In this document: piece by piece, positions 47,507 to 58,536 of the stretch | How positions within the stretch are numbered: position 1 is the first letter of the stretch | Layout of the letters: each line of letters starts with the position of its first letter | From: a virus | Length of the DNA stretch: 64,000 bases | Direction: 5' to 3' (one strand) | IMG/VR virus record: IMGVR_UViG_3300037225_000932 | Coordinates: 1 to 64,000 of that record | Program-made: the position numbers and the translations under genes | The notes under the pieces: generated by a model | What the model was told of the DNA's origin: nothing | Seen by the model: only the letters and a program-made list of their open reading frames with translations | The model's database searches: none

Positions 47507-50500
47507 ATGACTACATATTTTGATGTCTACATAAAAGACTGTTTTACAAAAGAAGCACAAACCTCACCTTCTACAATAAAAGGGCCAGAAGTAGATTTGC
47601 TTATAAATACCGTGCATAACATGATGGGATTGGGGGCTCCAACCGTATTTGACTTTCAAGGTTTTAATAAACAGGATTATAATAGTCCGGCTGTAATGGA
47701 TATTAATAATTTATCTCCTGGAATGGAAATGTCTATTCCTCTTGCTGTCGCTGGGGTTAGAGTTCTTTATAAATATAAAAAAACTCAAGTAAGTAATTAT
47801 GATGTAATGGTTTCTGGAATATCTCAGTTGATAGATCAAGCAAAAGGAATACAGACAACACAAACTAGTGTTTCTTCTAATAAAGTTATACCAAGAGGCC
47901 AAAATCAATATGGAGCTTCATTATTTATAATACATGATCTTGGAAGAAAAGCTTCTAATATAAAAAAACTAATAGAGAGTTCTATGATTAGGATGAACGA
48001 CAATAGAGAGTCTTGGAAAGTTTTTATAGCAGCAATAAAAGAAGGTATTGATGTTTATCAAATTGATCCAAAATATATTAATATATTAAAAGTTGCTCTA
48101 GATGCTTATGGTTATGATACTTCTGAAATGACTGCTTCTCCTGAGCAATTAAAAACAGATAAATTAGACAAACCAGGAAAACCAGAATTAAAAAGCGTAG
48201 TTTATAGAGATGATGTATTATATATTGATTTAGGTGGATATGATGTAGACTTTATATCTTTTATAAAAAGATTACCGTCGAGATTGAGAACTTATGATTC
48301 ACAATCAAGAATATGGGGATTTATAAGACCAGATCAAGGTATTGTTAAAGAAACGATATTAGTTTTAGATAAACATTTTGACACTCAACAACTTAAGGAT
48401 ATCTTACCAAGACTTCCTGAAAATAGTGAAGAGTTTAACAGTCAGACAGAAGAGAAAAAAATAGAAGGTGATATTCCATTAAAGATAAAAGATATAACAC
48501 AAAATACTAAAGGTAAATGGCATCTTGCTTTTGGCTCTTATACGACAGGATCAAGAGAAGGGGATTATCTTAAAGAAATTATAAAATTTATGTTTCCAGT
48601 ATATGGACCTGATGGAGAAAGAATGTTAGCAGTAGTTCCAACAATAAGTTCTCCATATGATCCAGCGGATCCTAATGATCCAAATCATCCTCGTAGAAGA
48701 ATGGGATATTCAACAGGATATGAAGAGGAAGAGGGAAATAATTATGAAGTATCTGGCTATAAAGAATATTTAGTTAGAGGAAATTATAATAAATATAGAC
48801 AATTGAGTTCTGTATTAAAACGATATGGATTTGATAATAAAGAGTTTAATAAAATAATAGCAGGTCTAATAACTAACAATATAGTTAAAATTACCAGGAT
48901 AGAAGGAGACCTTGAAGGATTTCAAAAGGAAAGAAAATTTGTTGATGCCGCAGGAAATGAAAGAATAACTAAAGTAAATGATATAAATAAATTTGATCAA
49001 GAAGTAACATCATATAATAAAAAAATTATTAAAGATGGTAAAGAAATTAACTTTGAACTATATGATTTACAAAAAGATGGAATAGCTTTTTTGTATGGAA
49101 GAAACTCAGCAATTCTTGGGGATTCGACAGGCTTAGGAAAAACGAATATGCTCATTATAGCTGCGGATATGAGAATAAAACAACACGGAGGTAAGGTTTT
49201 AATAATAACTTTAAATCAAACACAAAATCAATGGATAGAAGAAATAAAGAGGTTCGCAAAAGTTAATCCTGAAGATATCTCTGTTGATCCTTTAAGATTA
49301 GCCACTTGGACAGTTTTGACATATGTTGATTTTCAAGTAAAAAGCACTAGAGATGCACATACTCAGTCATTACAACAACAAGTTGCTCAAGGTAATATAA
49401 CTTGTATGATTTTAGATGAATGTCATAGTATTAAAAATACTACAGCAACAAGAACAGAAAATATTCAAAATATATCAAGTTATACTGATGAAAAAACTGG
49501 TCAAACTCATACAGTTCCTTTTGCTTGGGGTGCTAGTGCTACTATTGTAGCTAATAGACCAATAGATGTTTATAATCAATTAAAAGCTGTAAACCATCCA
49601 TTAGGAAGATTGTCATTTAAGACTTTTGCTGAAAACTTTGGAGCTATGGTAAAAGGAAGATATGGACTTGAAGATGCCAGTATTGAGGATCAGGTTATAG
49701 CAGCTAATAAACTAAAAGAATGGTTAATTAACTTTAAGGTTTTCGTTTCTAGGACAAAAGAAGATGTTCGTAAAGATATGCCTGGATTTTCTGTAGATGA
49801 TGTTCCGGTAAAAGTTGATATGAAAAACTTATATCAATGTATATCTGGCAAGCTAGAAACTTATAAAAATCCTAATCTACCAGTATCGGTTATGATAGCA
49901 ACAAGAGATTGTTTAGCATCAGCTAAAGCTATTCATTCAGCCAAATTAGCTAATGATGTTTTAAGAGAAGGTAAAAAGGTTATGGTATTTACCGCTTTTA
50001 GAGATGCTGCTTCTAGAATACAATTTTTTTTACAGAAAATATTAAATGACATTGGACATGGGGGACAGGTTCTTCCTATTCTTGGAGGAATGCACCAAAA
50101 GACTAAAAATGAGACGATAAGACAGTTTAAGGACCCAAATTCTAATATTAGAGCATTAGTTTTAGGTATAGCAGCCGGTGGTACCGGTTTGGATTTTCCT
50201 AATGTTGTCGAAACAGTAATAGAAAATGACTTCGACTGGACTCCAGCCTCAACCGAGCAAATGAGAGGAAGAGCATATAGAATAAGCAGTAACAGACCAG
50301 TAAAATCTAAATCTCTAATAGCAGAAGGAACACCCGATGAGCAGTTTAAGGAAAAAGTAGATAATAAAATACAAATTGCTGAAGTTATAGGAAAGCTTAC
50401 ACAAGAGCAGCTTGATTTGTTTAGCAGAGGAAAACATCGTGACGATCTAAGATTAAAAGAAATAGAAAAGCAGCTTATAGATATGGTAGGAAAACAAATA

Positions 50501-50632
50501 GCAGAAGAAGAGGATGAAGCTAGATTTCAAGAAAATACAGCAAAAGATATACTAAGTCATCTTGAACTGGGTGGATATAGACATGCTTCTAAAAAAACAA
50601 ATAATTGGTATAAACAAGCAAGGAGCCAATGA
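47507..50632 (+). CDS. SNF2-family helicase/ATPase with N-terminal extension
   Basis: GDSTGLGKT, LDECH, SAT..NRP, AAGGTGL, QMRGRAYRI; ends NNWYKQARSQ. Confidence 0.88.
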   Translation: MTTYFDVYIKDCFTKEAQTSPSTIKGPEVDLLINTVHNMMGLGAPTVFDFQGFNKQDYNSPAVMDINNLSPGMEMSIPLAVAGVRVLYKYKKTQVSNYDVMVSGISQLIDQAKGIQTTQTSVSSNKVIPRGQNQYGASLFIIHDLGRKASNIKKLIESSMIRMNDNRESWKVFIAAIKEGIDVYQIDPKYINILKVALDAYGYDTSEMTASPEQLKTDKLDKPGKPELKSVVYRDDVLYIDLGGYDVDFISFIKRLPSRLRTYDSQSRIWGFIRPDQGIVKETILVLDKHFDTQQLKDILPRLPENSEEFNSQTEEKKIEGDIPLKIKDITQNTKGKWHLAFGSYTTGSREGDYLKEIIKFMFPVYGPDGERMLAVVPTISSPYDPADPNDPNHPRRRMGYSTGYEEEEGNNYEVSGYKEYLVRGNYNKYRQLSSVLKRYGFDNKEFNKIIAGLITNNIVKITRIEGDLEGFQKERKFVDAAGNERITKVNDINKFDQEVTSYNKKIIKDGKEINFELYDLQKDGIAFLYGRNSAILGDSTGLGKTNMLIIAADMRIKQHGGKVLIITLNQTQNQWIEEIKRFAKVNPEDISVDPLRLATWTVLTYVDFQVKSTRDAHTQSLQQQVAQGNITCMILDECHSIKNTTATRTENIQNISSYTDEKTGQTHTVPFAWGASATIVANRPIDVYNQLKAVNHPLGRLSFKTFAENFGAMVKGRYGLEDASIEDQVIAANKLKEWLINFKVFVSRTKEDVRKDMPGFSVDDVPVKVDMKNLYQCISGKLETYKNPNLPVSVMIATRDCLASAKAIHSAKLANDVLREGKKVMVFTAFRDAASRIQFFLQKILNDIGHGGQVLPILGGMHQKTKNETIRQFKDPNSNIRALVLGIAAGGTGLDFPNVVETVIENDFDWTPASTEQMRGRAYRISSNRPVKSKSLIAEGTPDEQFKEKVDNKIQIAEVIGKLTQEQLDLFSRGKHRDDLRLKEIEKQLIDMVGKQIAEEEDEARFQENTAKDILSHLELGGYRHASKKTNNWYKQARSQ

Positions 50633-50934
50633 AGATGGAAATTGATAAAGAATTACAATCAATAGCTACAGATTGGGCAGAAAAGATATTTAATAACATA
50701 TATACTGCTCTCAATGATCCTACAGTTGGAATGGAAGATGAAGTTAAAAAAGTTTATAATGATATAAAAGACTGGGGACTTTTAGATAAGGTTGATATTA
50801 ATAGTTCTCAAGCTCACGAATATTATATTCCAATAATAGCTATGCCTAAATATAAAATTCTTTTACAACACAAGCTAAACCCACCAAAATCAAAATGGGA
50901 AGTTGTGACCGGACAGGTTGTTAAAAAGAAATAA
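50629..50934 (+). CDS. hypothetical protein
   Basis: ATGA overlap. Confidence 0.65.
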   Translation: MKMEIDKELQSIATDWAEKIFNNIYTALNDPTVGMEDEVKKVYNDIKDWGLLDKVDINSSQAHEYYIPIIAMPKYKILLQHKLNPPKSKWEVVTGQVVKKK

Positions 50935-51076
50935 TAATTTCTTAAGAAAATGTCTAGTCTTTTTTAATATTTTATTATAATAATCAAGTTATTTGACTTT
51001 GTGTTTTTTATAACATATAAAACTAAAGTGATAAAAAATACATTAATATATAGTATAACATAAAATAGGAGAATGT

Positions 51077-51904
51077 ATGAATAAAATAGATCTCCAAAAA
51101 ACCTGGGAAAATTATCAAGAGAATAAAGATGAATTATCTAAACACAAGTTGATAGAACATTATTATGAACTTGTAGAAAAAATAGCTAAAAACGTTAATA
51201 AAAAAATGAATAATAAAGTTTCAAAAGAAGAGCTTTCTTCTCATGGGGTTAGCGGATTATATAGAGCTATAGAAAAATTTGACAAAGACAGAAAAACTAA
51301 ATTTGAAACATATGCACATAGAAGAATACATGGATCAATGATTGATGGATTAAGATCAGAAGATTGGATTCCTAGAAGTGTAAGAGTTAGAAAAGATAAG
51401 CTAGAAAATGTGATACATAATTTAGAAACTAAAATTCAACACAAGGCTTCTTGTTCGGAAATATTACAAGAAGCCGGTATAACAGAAACAGAATACCATA
51501 AAAATTATAATAAATTTAATCCAAGAGCACTTTCTAGTATAGATAATTATACAGAAGACTATCAAGAAAATTCAGAAAATAATCTTGATTTTAATAAATA
51601 TTTAGAATCCAAAAAAACCTCAGCACCAGATTCTAAATTAATTAGAAAAGAATTTTTAAGTAAATTGTTAGGTAAAGACTTTTCTTCATTAGAACGAAAA
51701 ATAATATATTATTATTACTATGAAAAACTTACCATGAGAGAAATATCTATAAGAGTAGAAATGTCAGAATCAAGAATAAGTCAAATACATCAAGATATAC
51801 TAAAAAGGTTAAAAATAAAAATAGAACTTAATCCAAAATATTTTGAAAAAGATATCATTTCAATAATTTCAAAATGTAATCATAAAGATAGTTTTTTAAA
51901 ATAA
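51077..51904 (+). CDS. FliA/WhiG-family (sigma-28-like) RNA polymerase sigma factor
   Basis: GLYRAIEKFD..KFETYA..RIHGSMIDGLR..DWIPRSVR; LTMREI..SESRISQIH region 4. Confidence 0.9.
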   Translation: MNKIDLQKTWENYQENKDELSKHKLIEHYYELVEKIAKNVNKKMNNKVSKEELSSHGVSGLYRAIEKFDKDRKTKFETYAHRRIHGSMIDGLRSEDWIPRSVRVRKDKLENVIHNLETKIQHKASCSEILQEAGITETEYHKNYNKFNPRALSSIDNYTEDYQENSENNLDFNKYLESKKTSAPDSKLIRKEFLSKLLGKDFSSLERKIIYYYYYEKLTMREISIRVEMSESRISQIHQDILKRLKIKIELNPKYFEKDIISIISKCNHKDSFLK

Positions 51905-51937
51905 TAATTGCTAATAATATTAAAAGAGATATAATAT

Positions 51938-52453
51938 ATGTTGTTATTTTCTGAATATGATATACTGTCTGTCAAAACAGAAGCTATATCTGTTTTCTTA
52001 AGCAAAAGTGGAATTATGAAAAACGAGTTTTGTAGAAAACTTATAGAAATAGAGGGACAAGATATACAAAATACAATAAAAAATATAATAAATGATAAAA
52101 AAAACAATATAAAAATAGGAAGTTCTTTTTACGTTGTTCCAAAAAATAATATTATACAAAATATAAAATATATATATTTTTCTATTATAAAAAATTTTAC
52201 GATAGATACTATTAGTATATATGATTTAAATATAATATTTCAAAATGCTCTTCAACATTTTATAAGAAATAACATAAAATCAGTTTCATTTATTAATATG
52301 TCTGAAGAAATAATAGGACTAGAAAAGACTTATGTGGCTAATCTTATTATGGATATAGTTCAAAAAAATCATCATAGAATTAATATATCCCTTATGGATA
52401 AAGATAAAGATTTTATAAATTTGTTAAAAAATAATATTAGGATAGAAATGTGA
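51938..52453 (+). CDS. degenerate macro-domain-like protein
   Basis: DILSVKTEAI..G..IG..IKYI..IKSVSF pattern. Confidence 0.45.
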   Translation: MLLFSEYDILSVKTEAISVFLSKSGIMKNEFCRKLIEIEGQDIQNTIKNIINDKKNNIKIGSSFYVVPKNNIIQNIKYIYFSIIKNFTIDTISIYDLNIIFQNALQHFIRNNIKSVSFINMSEEIIGLEKTYVANLIMDIVQKNHHRINISLMDKDKDFINLLKNNIRIEM

Positions 52454-53052
52454 GTATATTAAATAATCCAATGTTAATATTAAATAAGAGTTGGTTTCCC
52501 ATAAAAGTTAAAGATATTAAGGATGTTATAGGAAAACTATGTAATGGAAATGCTAAAATCATAGATGAAGATTTTATACAATATTCTTGGCAGGAATGGT
52601 TAGATAAATATTCAATTCCTCATGAGCAGGAAAAAAATATTAAATATGAATTTATTCGCGCAAAAAATTTTAGTGTAAAAAGTCCAAAAGTTATGATTTG
52701 CACAAAATATAACAAAGTTCCTAATATTAGTTTAAAATTAACTAGAAGAAATATTTTAATTAGAGATAGTTTTGCTTGTCAGTATTGTGAACAAAAGTTA
52801 AGTATGAGAAATTCAACATTAGATCATATTATCCCAAGATCTCGTGGAGGAAAAAATAGTTGGGAGAATTTGGTAATTTGCTGTATTTCGTGTAATACAA
52901 TAAAATCAGATAAAACATTAGAAGAAACAAAATTTAAATTATCTCATAAACCAGAAAAACCCAAGTGGAGCCCAATTTATTCTATTATGGTTAAAAAGTG
53001 GCCTAAAATATGGGATAAATTTATAAATACAGATAAATGGAATAAATTTTGA
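52450..53052 (+). CDS. HNH endonuclease
   Basis: LILNKSW..TRRNILIRD..CQYC..TLDHIIPRSRGG..WENLV..C..CN. Confidence 0.9.
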   Translation: MSILNNPMLILNKSWFPIKVKDIKDVIGKLCNGNAKIIDEDFIQYSWQEWLDKYSIPHEQEKNIKYEFIRAKNFSVKSPKVMICTKYNKVPNISLKLTRRNILIRDSFACQYCEQKLSMRNSTLDHIIPRSRGGKNSWENLVICCISCNTIKSDKTLEETKFKLSHKPEKPKWSPIYSIMVKKWPKIWDKFINTDKWNKF

Positions 53053-53094
53053 TATTGGAATGTCGATATAATAGGATCTTAAAAATAAAATTCA

Positions 53095-53787
53095 ATGATA
53101 TTTAAAAAATTAAATAATTTTTCTATAAAGAATAGAAGTTCAGTTCGCAATTGGAAAACAAAAATGACAGGAACTCCCTGTTTTATTGTTGGCAATTCTC
53201 CTTCTTTAAATGATCATTTGATATATAAATTAGAACAATTTTTTACCATAGGAATTAATAGAGCTTTTAAGAAAATTGATACAACTATTTTGTTATGGCA
53301 GGATATAGAGCTTTATTATCAAGAAAGAAAAGAATTAACAAAATTAAAATCAATTTTATTTTCTAAAGACACAGCGGATCCTCCTGGTCTTGCTTATCAT
53401 TTTAGGCTTATAACTGGGAATTTTAAATTAACAGATAATCCATCTATTCTTTTTGGTAGTGGTAGCTCGGGTCCATTAGCTTTTCAATTGGCTTATATTT
53501 TAGGATGTGATCCTATTATATTAATAGGATATGATTGTCAGTATAAAAATAATATGACAGATTTTTATGGTAATAATAAAGATCATAAACCGCATACGCT
53601 AAAAAATTGTTCTCGTGGATTGGAATGGATTAAAGACTTAAAAATACATGACAGAAAAATAATCTCATGTTCAAAAAGTGAATGTTTTACTAATATAATG
53701 TCTATAGAAGAAGCAATAAAATACTGTTCAATAAAAGATAGCGGAAAAGGTAGAGAATTTTATAAGAATAAATTATTTTCTACTTAA
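53095..53787 (+). CDS. DUF115/Maf-like protein
   Basis: CFIVGNSPSL, TIGINR, LIGYD. Confidence 0.65.
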   Translation: MIFKKLNNFSIKNRSSVRNWKTKMTGTPCFIVGNSPSLNDHLIYKLEQFFTIGINRAFKKIDTTILLWQDIELYYQERKELTKLKSILFSKDTADPPGLAYHFRLITGNFKLTDNPSILFGSGSSGPLAFQLAYILGCDPIILIGYDCQYKNNMTDFYGNNKDHKPHTLKNCSRGLEWIKDLKIHDRKIISCSKSECFTNIMSIEEAIKYCSIKDSGKGREFYKNKLFST

Positions 53788-53803
53788 TAGATTTTAGGAG
53801 TTA

Positions 53804-55216
53804 ATGATGGAAAATTTGAATTTTTTAGAAGAATATAAAAATCAAAATAGTCTATTAGAATCAGAAAAAACTCAGATTTTATCTGAGGCTAGTTTATATC
53901 AAATTCAAAAAGTTTTAAACACTAAAAATAATAGTGTAGAAGAAAATATATACAATTCTTTTTTTAAGGGAAAATCTCCACATCTATATACTTTAAATGT
54001 TTCACAATATCTTCATAATATTTTACAATTTAATATGATTAAATTTTTTGAAAAAAATAATTTTAAAATTGTAAAAGATATTTTTATAAGAGATGGCTGT
54101 CAAATTATGACAGCTAAAAAGAATAAAATAGAAAGTAATACGGGACAATATTTTGACTCATATTGTGACGCTATGGTATTCCTTTGTAATAAAGAAAATA
54201 AAGATAATATGATAATAAAAATAGAAAAAAATTATTATGGAGACGGTAAAAATTATTATGAAATTTTATCTTTAGATGAAAATAAAGACTGGTTTGCTGA
54301 ATGGGTTAAATATAGTAAAGAGAACAATTTTTATAAAGGCAAAAAAATAGATGCTCATTGTAATTTTCTTTCTATAAATAAAAATATAACCTGGAACGAT
54401 TTAATTATTAAAAATAATATTGTTTTGGCAATAAAAAATAATATAGAAAATTTATTCACAAATAGAGAAATATTAAAGAAAAATAATATAGCTCTTAAGC
54501 GAGGTCTGATTATCGAAGGCTCAGCGGGTGGAGGTAAGACGATGATATGTAAAATAGTAGCAAAAGAGTTCTTTTCTACTGTCATTTATGTTTTGCCTTC
54601 TCATATTAAAGATGTCTCTGATATAAATAGAATTTGCGAAATGGCAAAAGATTTATCTCCAACTTTATTAATTATTGAAGATATAGATTATATAGCGAAA
54701 GATCGCGAAGGAGGATCGGACTGGTCTGTTATAGAACTTATGAATAAACTAGATGGACTTGAAGATTTTGAAAACGTTGTAACATTATCAACAACTAATA
54801 TGATAGAACGTATAGAGAAAGCTATAAAAAATAGACCAGGAAGATTTGATAGGATTATAAAAGTATCAAATCCAGATGAAGAATATCGTGAAAAAATGTT
54901 TAATAAATTTACAGAGAAATTTATTTTGGATAAAAATATTAACTTTAAAAAATATATAAAGATGACAGACGGTATGAGCGGGGCTTATATAAAAGATATA
55001 TGTATAACTGCTGCTCTTTTTGCTATATTTGAAAAAAGTTTAGATAAAAATGACATAGCTATAATAAAAGATAAATATATTTCTAATGCTATTAAGGAGA
55101 TAAAAGATAAAGACTTTTCTGCTTATATAGATAATAATTCTTCTGAATCTTTTGGTTTTGCTGGCACTCTTCCCAGAGTTGGGAGACCTGCTGGTCCATC
55201 TGAAGAAATATTTTAA
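53804..55216 (+). CDS. AAA+ ATPase
   Basis: GSAGGGKT, IIEDID, TTN, RPGRFD, GMSGA. Confidence 0.9.
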   Translation: MMENLNFLEEYKNQNSLLESEKTQILSEASLYQIQKVLNTKNNSVEENIYNSFFKGKSPHLYTLNVSQYLHNILQFNMIKFFEKNNFKIVKDIFIRDGCQIMTAKKNKIESNTGQYFDSYCDAMVFLCNKENKDNMIIKIEKNYYGDGKNYYEILSLDENKDWFAEWVKYSKENNFYKGKKIDAHCNFLSINKNITWNDLIIKNNIVLAIKNNIENLFTNREILKKNNIALKRGLIIEGSAGGGKTMICKIVAKEFFSTVIYVLPSHIKDVSDINRICEMAKDLSPTLLIIEDIDYIAKDREGGSDWSVIELMNKLDGLEDFENVVTLSTTNMIERIEKAIKNRPGRFDRIIKVSNPDEEYREKMFNKFTEKFILDKNINFKKYIKMTDGMSGAYIKDICITAALFAIFEKSLDKNDIAIIKDKYISNAIKEIKDKDFSAYIDNNSSESFGFAGTLPRVGRPAGPSEEIF

Positions 55217-55360
55217 AAAATATTTCTAGATATAAAACCATATACATATATCAGTTATATTTTTTGTTATTAAAATACTAAAAATCAATAGAAGGAAAGA
55301 TTTTTTAGTATTTGAAAGTTAGTTGTTAAATATATAATTTTAGTGAGGATTTGAATAAAA

Positions 55361-57916
55361 ATGGATACAATTTTTCTTAACACTTTTTCGGAAGAGATTT
55401 GGACTGAAAACTATAGAGACACTAATGATAATACTGTTGATGAATCTTTTATGAGAGTAGCAAAATCTATGTCATCAGTAGAAATTAATGAAAAAAAAAG
55501 AAAAGAATGGGAAGATAATTTCTATGATATGTTATCTGATTTCAAAGCGACTGCTGGAGGAAGAATATATGCTAATGCCGGAACTGACTGGAAGGGGGTC
55601 ACGTTAATAAATTGTTTTACTGGCCCTAAACCAAAAAAAGACCAAGACTCAATAGAGGGCATATTAGAAACTTTACTATTTCAAACTAAAACCTTAAAAT
55701 CTGAAGGTGGATGGGGAATGAATTTTTCTTTTATAAGACCAAGAAATTCCTTTATATATGGTATTGGAGTTGAATCTCCTGGCTCTGTAAAATATATGGA
55801 ACTATTTGATAAAAGTTCTGATATAATTACTGCTGGGTCAGGAAGAAAAAGCGATAATAAAAAAGCAAAAAAGAAAATACGTAAGGGAGCAATGATGGGA
55901 GTCCTGGATGTTTGGCATCCAGACATAGAAGAATTTGTTAAAGCAAAACAGTCTGGAGAAAAATTAACCAAGTTTAATATATCAGTAAATTGTTCTAATG
56001 TTTTTATGAATAAAGTTATTAAAATTAAAGAACTTGAAGAACAAAAGGCTAAAGAAGAAGAAATAAAAAAATATGATGATTGGGATCTAATTTTTCCAGA
56101 AACAAGATTTGAAAAATATAAAGAAGAATGGGATGGGGATGTAAAAAGTTGGACAGATATGGGATATCCAATTATAACATATAAAACTATTTCTGTAAGA
56201 TATCTTTGGAATTTAATTATCAAATCTACATACAATAGGGCAGAACCAGGTATTTTATTTTGTGATATAGCTAATAAAACTCACACTTGGTATTATGGAG
56301 GTAAAAAAAGTTATATATCTTATAGTAACCCCTGTGGAGAACAGGTTATGCCACCTGGATCAATATGTGATTTAGGATCTTTAAATCTTGTAAAAATGTT
56401 AAATAAAGATAAAAGCGGATTTGATATTAAAAAAATAGAAAAATACACGAAATATCTTGTTAGATTTTTAGACAATGTAAATGATTATACTAAAACTCCA
56501 TTAAAAGAATATGATGAAGCTATAAGAAGAAGAAGAATAGGTTTAGGAATTTTAGGATGGGGATCTACTCTTTATCTGTTAAAAATAAGATTTGCTTCAG
56601 ATAAGGCTGAAAAAATAAAAGAAGAATTAATGAAGACTATATGCTATTCTGCGATAGAAGCATCTATAGATTTAGCCGAAGAAAAAGGTATGTTTGATGG
56701 ATGTGATCCTCAAAAACATGCTGAGTCTGAATTTTTTAAACAAATAGATTGTCCTAAATATTTGTTAGACAAAATGAAGAAGTTTGGGATTAGAAACTCA
56801 TCGTTATTTAGTATTCAACCAACAGGTGGAACTGGTATTTTTGCTAATATGGTATCTGGAGGATGTGAACCGGTTTTTTCTCCAAATTATATTAGAACTA
56901 CTATAGTTCCACAAATACCCGAAGAGATAAAAGATGTTTGTCCTAATTTTTATTCTGGAGAATTTTTTGAAACCTCAATGTTTAAATTTGAAAAAGAAGG
57001 TGATGAAACAATATTAAAAGGCAAAGACAAAAACGGAACAATGTATAAAATAGATAAAAGTAGAGGACTAACTAAAGAGGTTGAGTGTAAAGACTATGGA
57101 TATAAAATATTAGAAGAATTAGGAGAATGGGATAAAAATGCTGATTGGGCTGTAACTTCATCTGAGCTAAATGTAGAAGATCACTTAAGAGATTTAAAGG
57201 GATTTGCTAAATATTTAGACGCATCAGCAAGTAAAACTATATCTGTTCCTAATAATTATCCTTTCTATAAATTTGAGAATGTATATCTTGATGCTTATAA
57301 AACTGGTTATATAAAAGGAGTTACAACTTATAGAGTAGGAACGATGGCTAATGTCCTTTCAAGTGAAGAGCAGTCAAAACAAACAGCTATAAAAAATCAA
57401 GCTACTAAACGTCCAAAATCTCTTTCTTGTGATATTCATCACGTAAAAGTCACTAAAAGATTAGATAAAGTTAGGACTTTTGAATATCTTGTTATAGTAG
57501 GATCTCTAAACGATAAACCTTATGAAATTTTTGCTTGTGAGAATGGACAACTAGATAAAAAATATATTAAAGGTCAAATAATTAAATTAGAAAGGGGTAA
57601 ATATGATTTAGTTCTTGAAGATGATACAAAAATACATAACATAACAAAAGAAACTTCTGAAATGGAAGATGTTGTAACCAGGATGGTATCATTAAACTTA
57701 AGGCACGGTATTGATATATCTTTTATTGTGCAACAGCTTGAAAAATCTGGAGATATAGGCTCATTTAACAAAGCAATAGTAAGAGCTCTCAAAAAATATA
57801 TCAAAGATGGAGTAGTTGTGACTGGGGAAACATGTCCCAATTGTAAGAGTGAAAATCTTGTTCGTTCTGAAGGTTGTGTAAAATGTCAAGATTGTGGAAA
57901 TAGTAAATGTGGTTGA
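55361..57916 (+). CDS. nrdJ: class II (B12-dependent) ribonucleotide reductase
   Basis: INCF, NPCGEQ, CDLGSLNL, QPTG, SKT, KGVTTYR, C-terminal Zn ribbon; no beta subunit nearby. Confidence 0.88.
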   Translation: MDTIFLNTFSEEIWTENYRDTNDNTVDESFMRVAKSMSSVEINEKKRKEWEDNFYDMLSDFKATAGGRIYANAGTDWKGVTLINCFTGPKPKKDQDSIEGILETLLFQTKTLKSEGGWGMNFSFIRPRNSFIYGIGVESPGSVKYMELFDKSSDIITAGSGRKSDNKKAKKKIRKGAMMGVLDVWHPDIEEFVKAKQSGEKLTKFNISVNCSNVFMNKVIKIKELEEQKAKEEEIKKYDDWDLIFPETRFEKYKEEWDGDVKSWTDMGYPIITYKTISVRYLWNLIIKSTYNRAEPGILFCDIANKTHTWYYGGKKSYISYSNPCGEQVMPPGSICDLGSLNLVKMLNKDKSGFDIKKIEKYTKYLVRFLDNVNDYTKTPLKEYDEAIRRRRIGLGILGWGSTLYLLKIRFASDKAEKIKEELMKTICYSAIEASIDLAEEKGMFDGCDPQKHAESEFFKQIDCPKYLLDKMKKFGIRNSSLFSIQPTGGTGIFANMVSGGCEPVFSPNYIRTTIVPQIPEEIKDVCPNFYSGEFFETSMFKFEKEGDETILKGKDKNGTMYKIDKSRGLTKEVECKDYGYKILEELGEWDKNADWAVTSSELNVEDHLRDLKGFAKYLDASASKTISVPNNYPFYKFENVYLDAYKTGYIKGVTTYRVGTMANVLSSEEQSKQTAIKNQATKRPKSLSCDIHHVKVTKRLDKVRTFEYLVIVGSLNDKPYEIFACENGQLDKKYIKGQIIKLERGKYDLVLEDDTKIHNITKETSEMEDVVTRMVSLNLRHGIDISFIVQQLEKSGDIGSFNKAIVRALKKYIKDGVVVTGETCPNCKSENLVRSEGCVKCQDCGNSKCG

Positions 57917-57929
57917 AAAGGAGAAAAAG

Positions 57930-58427
57930 ATGAGTGATTTAGTTTTAAAAGTAAAAAAAATACATCCAGAAGCACAATTGCCAAGAGCGGCACATATGTC
58001 TGATGCTGGATATGACTGTTTTGCTATTGATGATGGTATTCCAAAATACGATGATAAAACAGGAGTTTTGCTTTATGTTGAATATAAGACGGGTCTAGCT
58101 ATACAGCCTCCTAGTGGATATCATGTTGAATTGTTTCCAAGGTCAAGTATTACAAAAACCGGATTTATTTTAGCCAACAGTGTGGGTGTTGTTGATGAAG
58201 GTTTCTCTGGAGAAATAGTGTTTAGATTTAAGACTCCAATATCTCCTAATAGGCAAATACAGGGATTTGGAGCAAATTTATACAATAAAATGGGTCCCAG
58301 ATACTATAAAGGAGAGAGAATAGGGCAGATGATTGTTAGGAAAACTCACAAATTATCAATTGTGGAAGTTAAAGAACTAGATAAGACAGAAAGAGGAGAG
58401 GGAGGTTTTGGATCTACTGGAAAATAA
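57930..58427 (+). CDS. dut: dUTPase
   Basis: DAGYD, PRSS, GVVDEGFSGE, ERIGQ, RGEGGFGSTG. Confidence 0.93.
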   Translation: MSDLVLKVKKIHPEAQLPRAAHMSDAGYDCFAIDDGIPKYDDKTGVLLYVEYKTGLAIQPPSGYHVELFPRSSITKTGFILANSVGVVDEGFSGEIVFRFKTPISPNRQIQGFGANLYNKMGPRYYKGERIGQMIVRKTHKLSIVEVKELDKTERGEGGFGSTGK

Positions 58428-58536
58428 ATTATATCTATATTTCTTAAAAGAAACATATTTAATAATAAAGGGAAAAATCATATTATTTCGAAATAACTAT
58501 AAGTATTAATGATGATTATTCATAAAGTTTATTAGT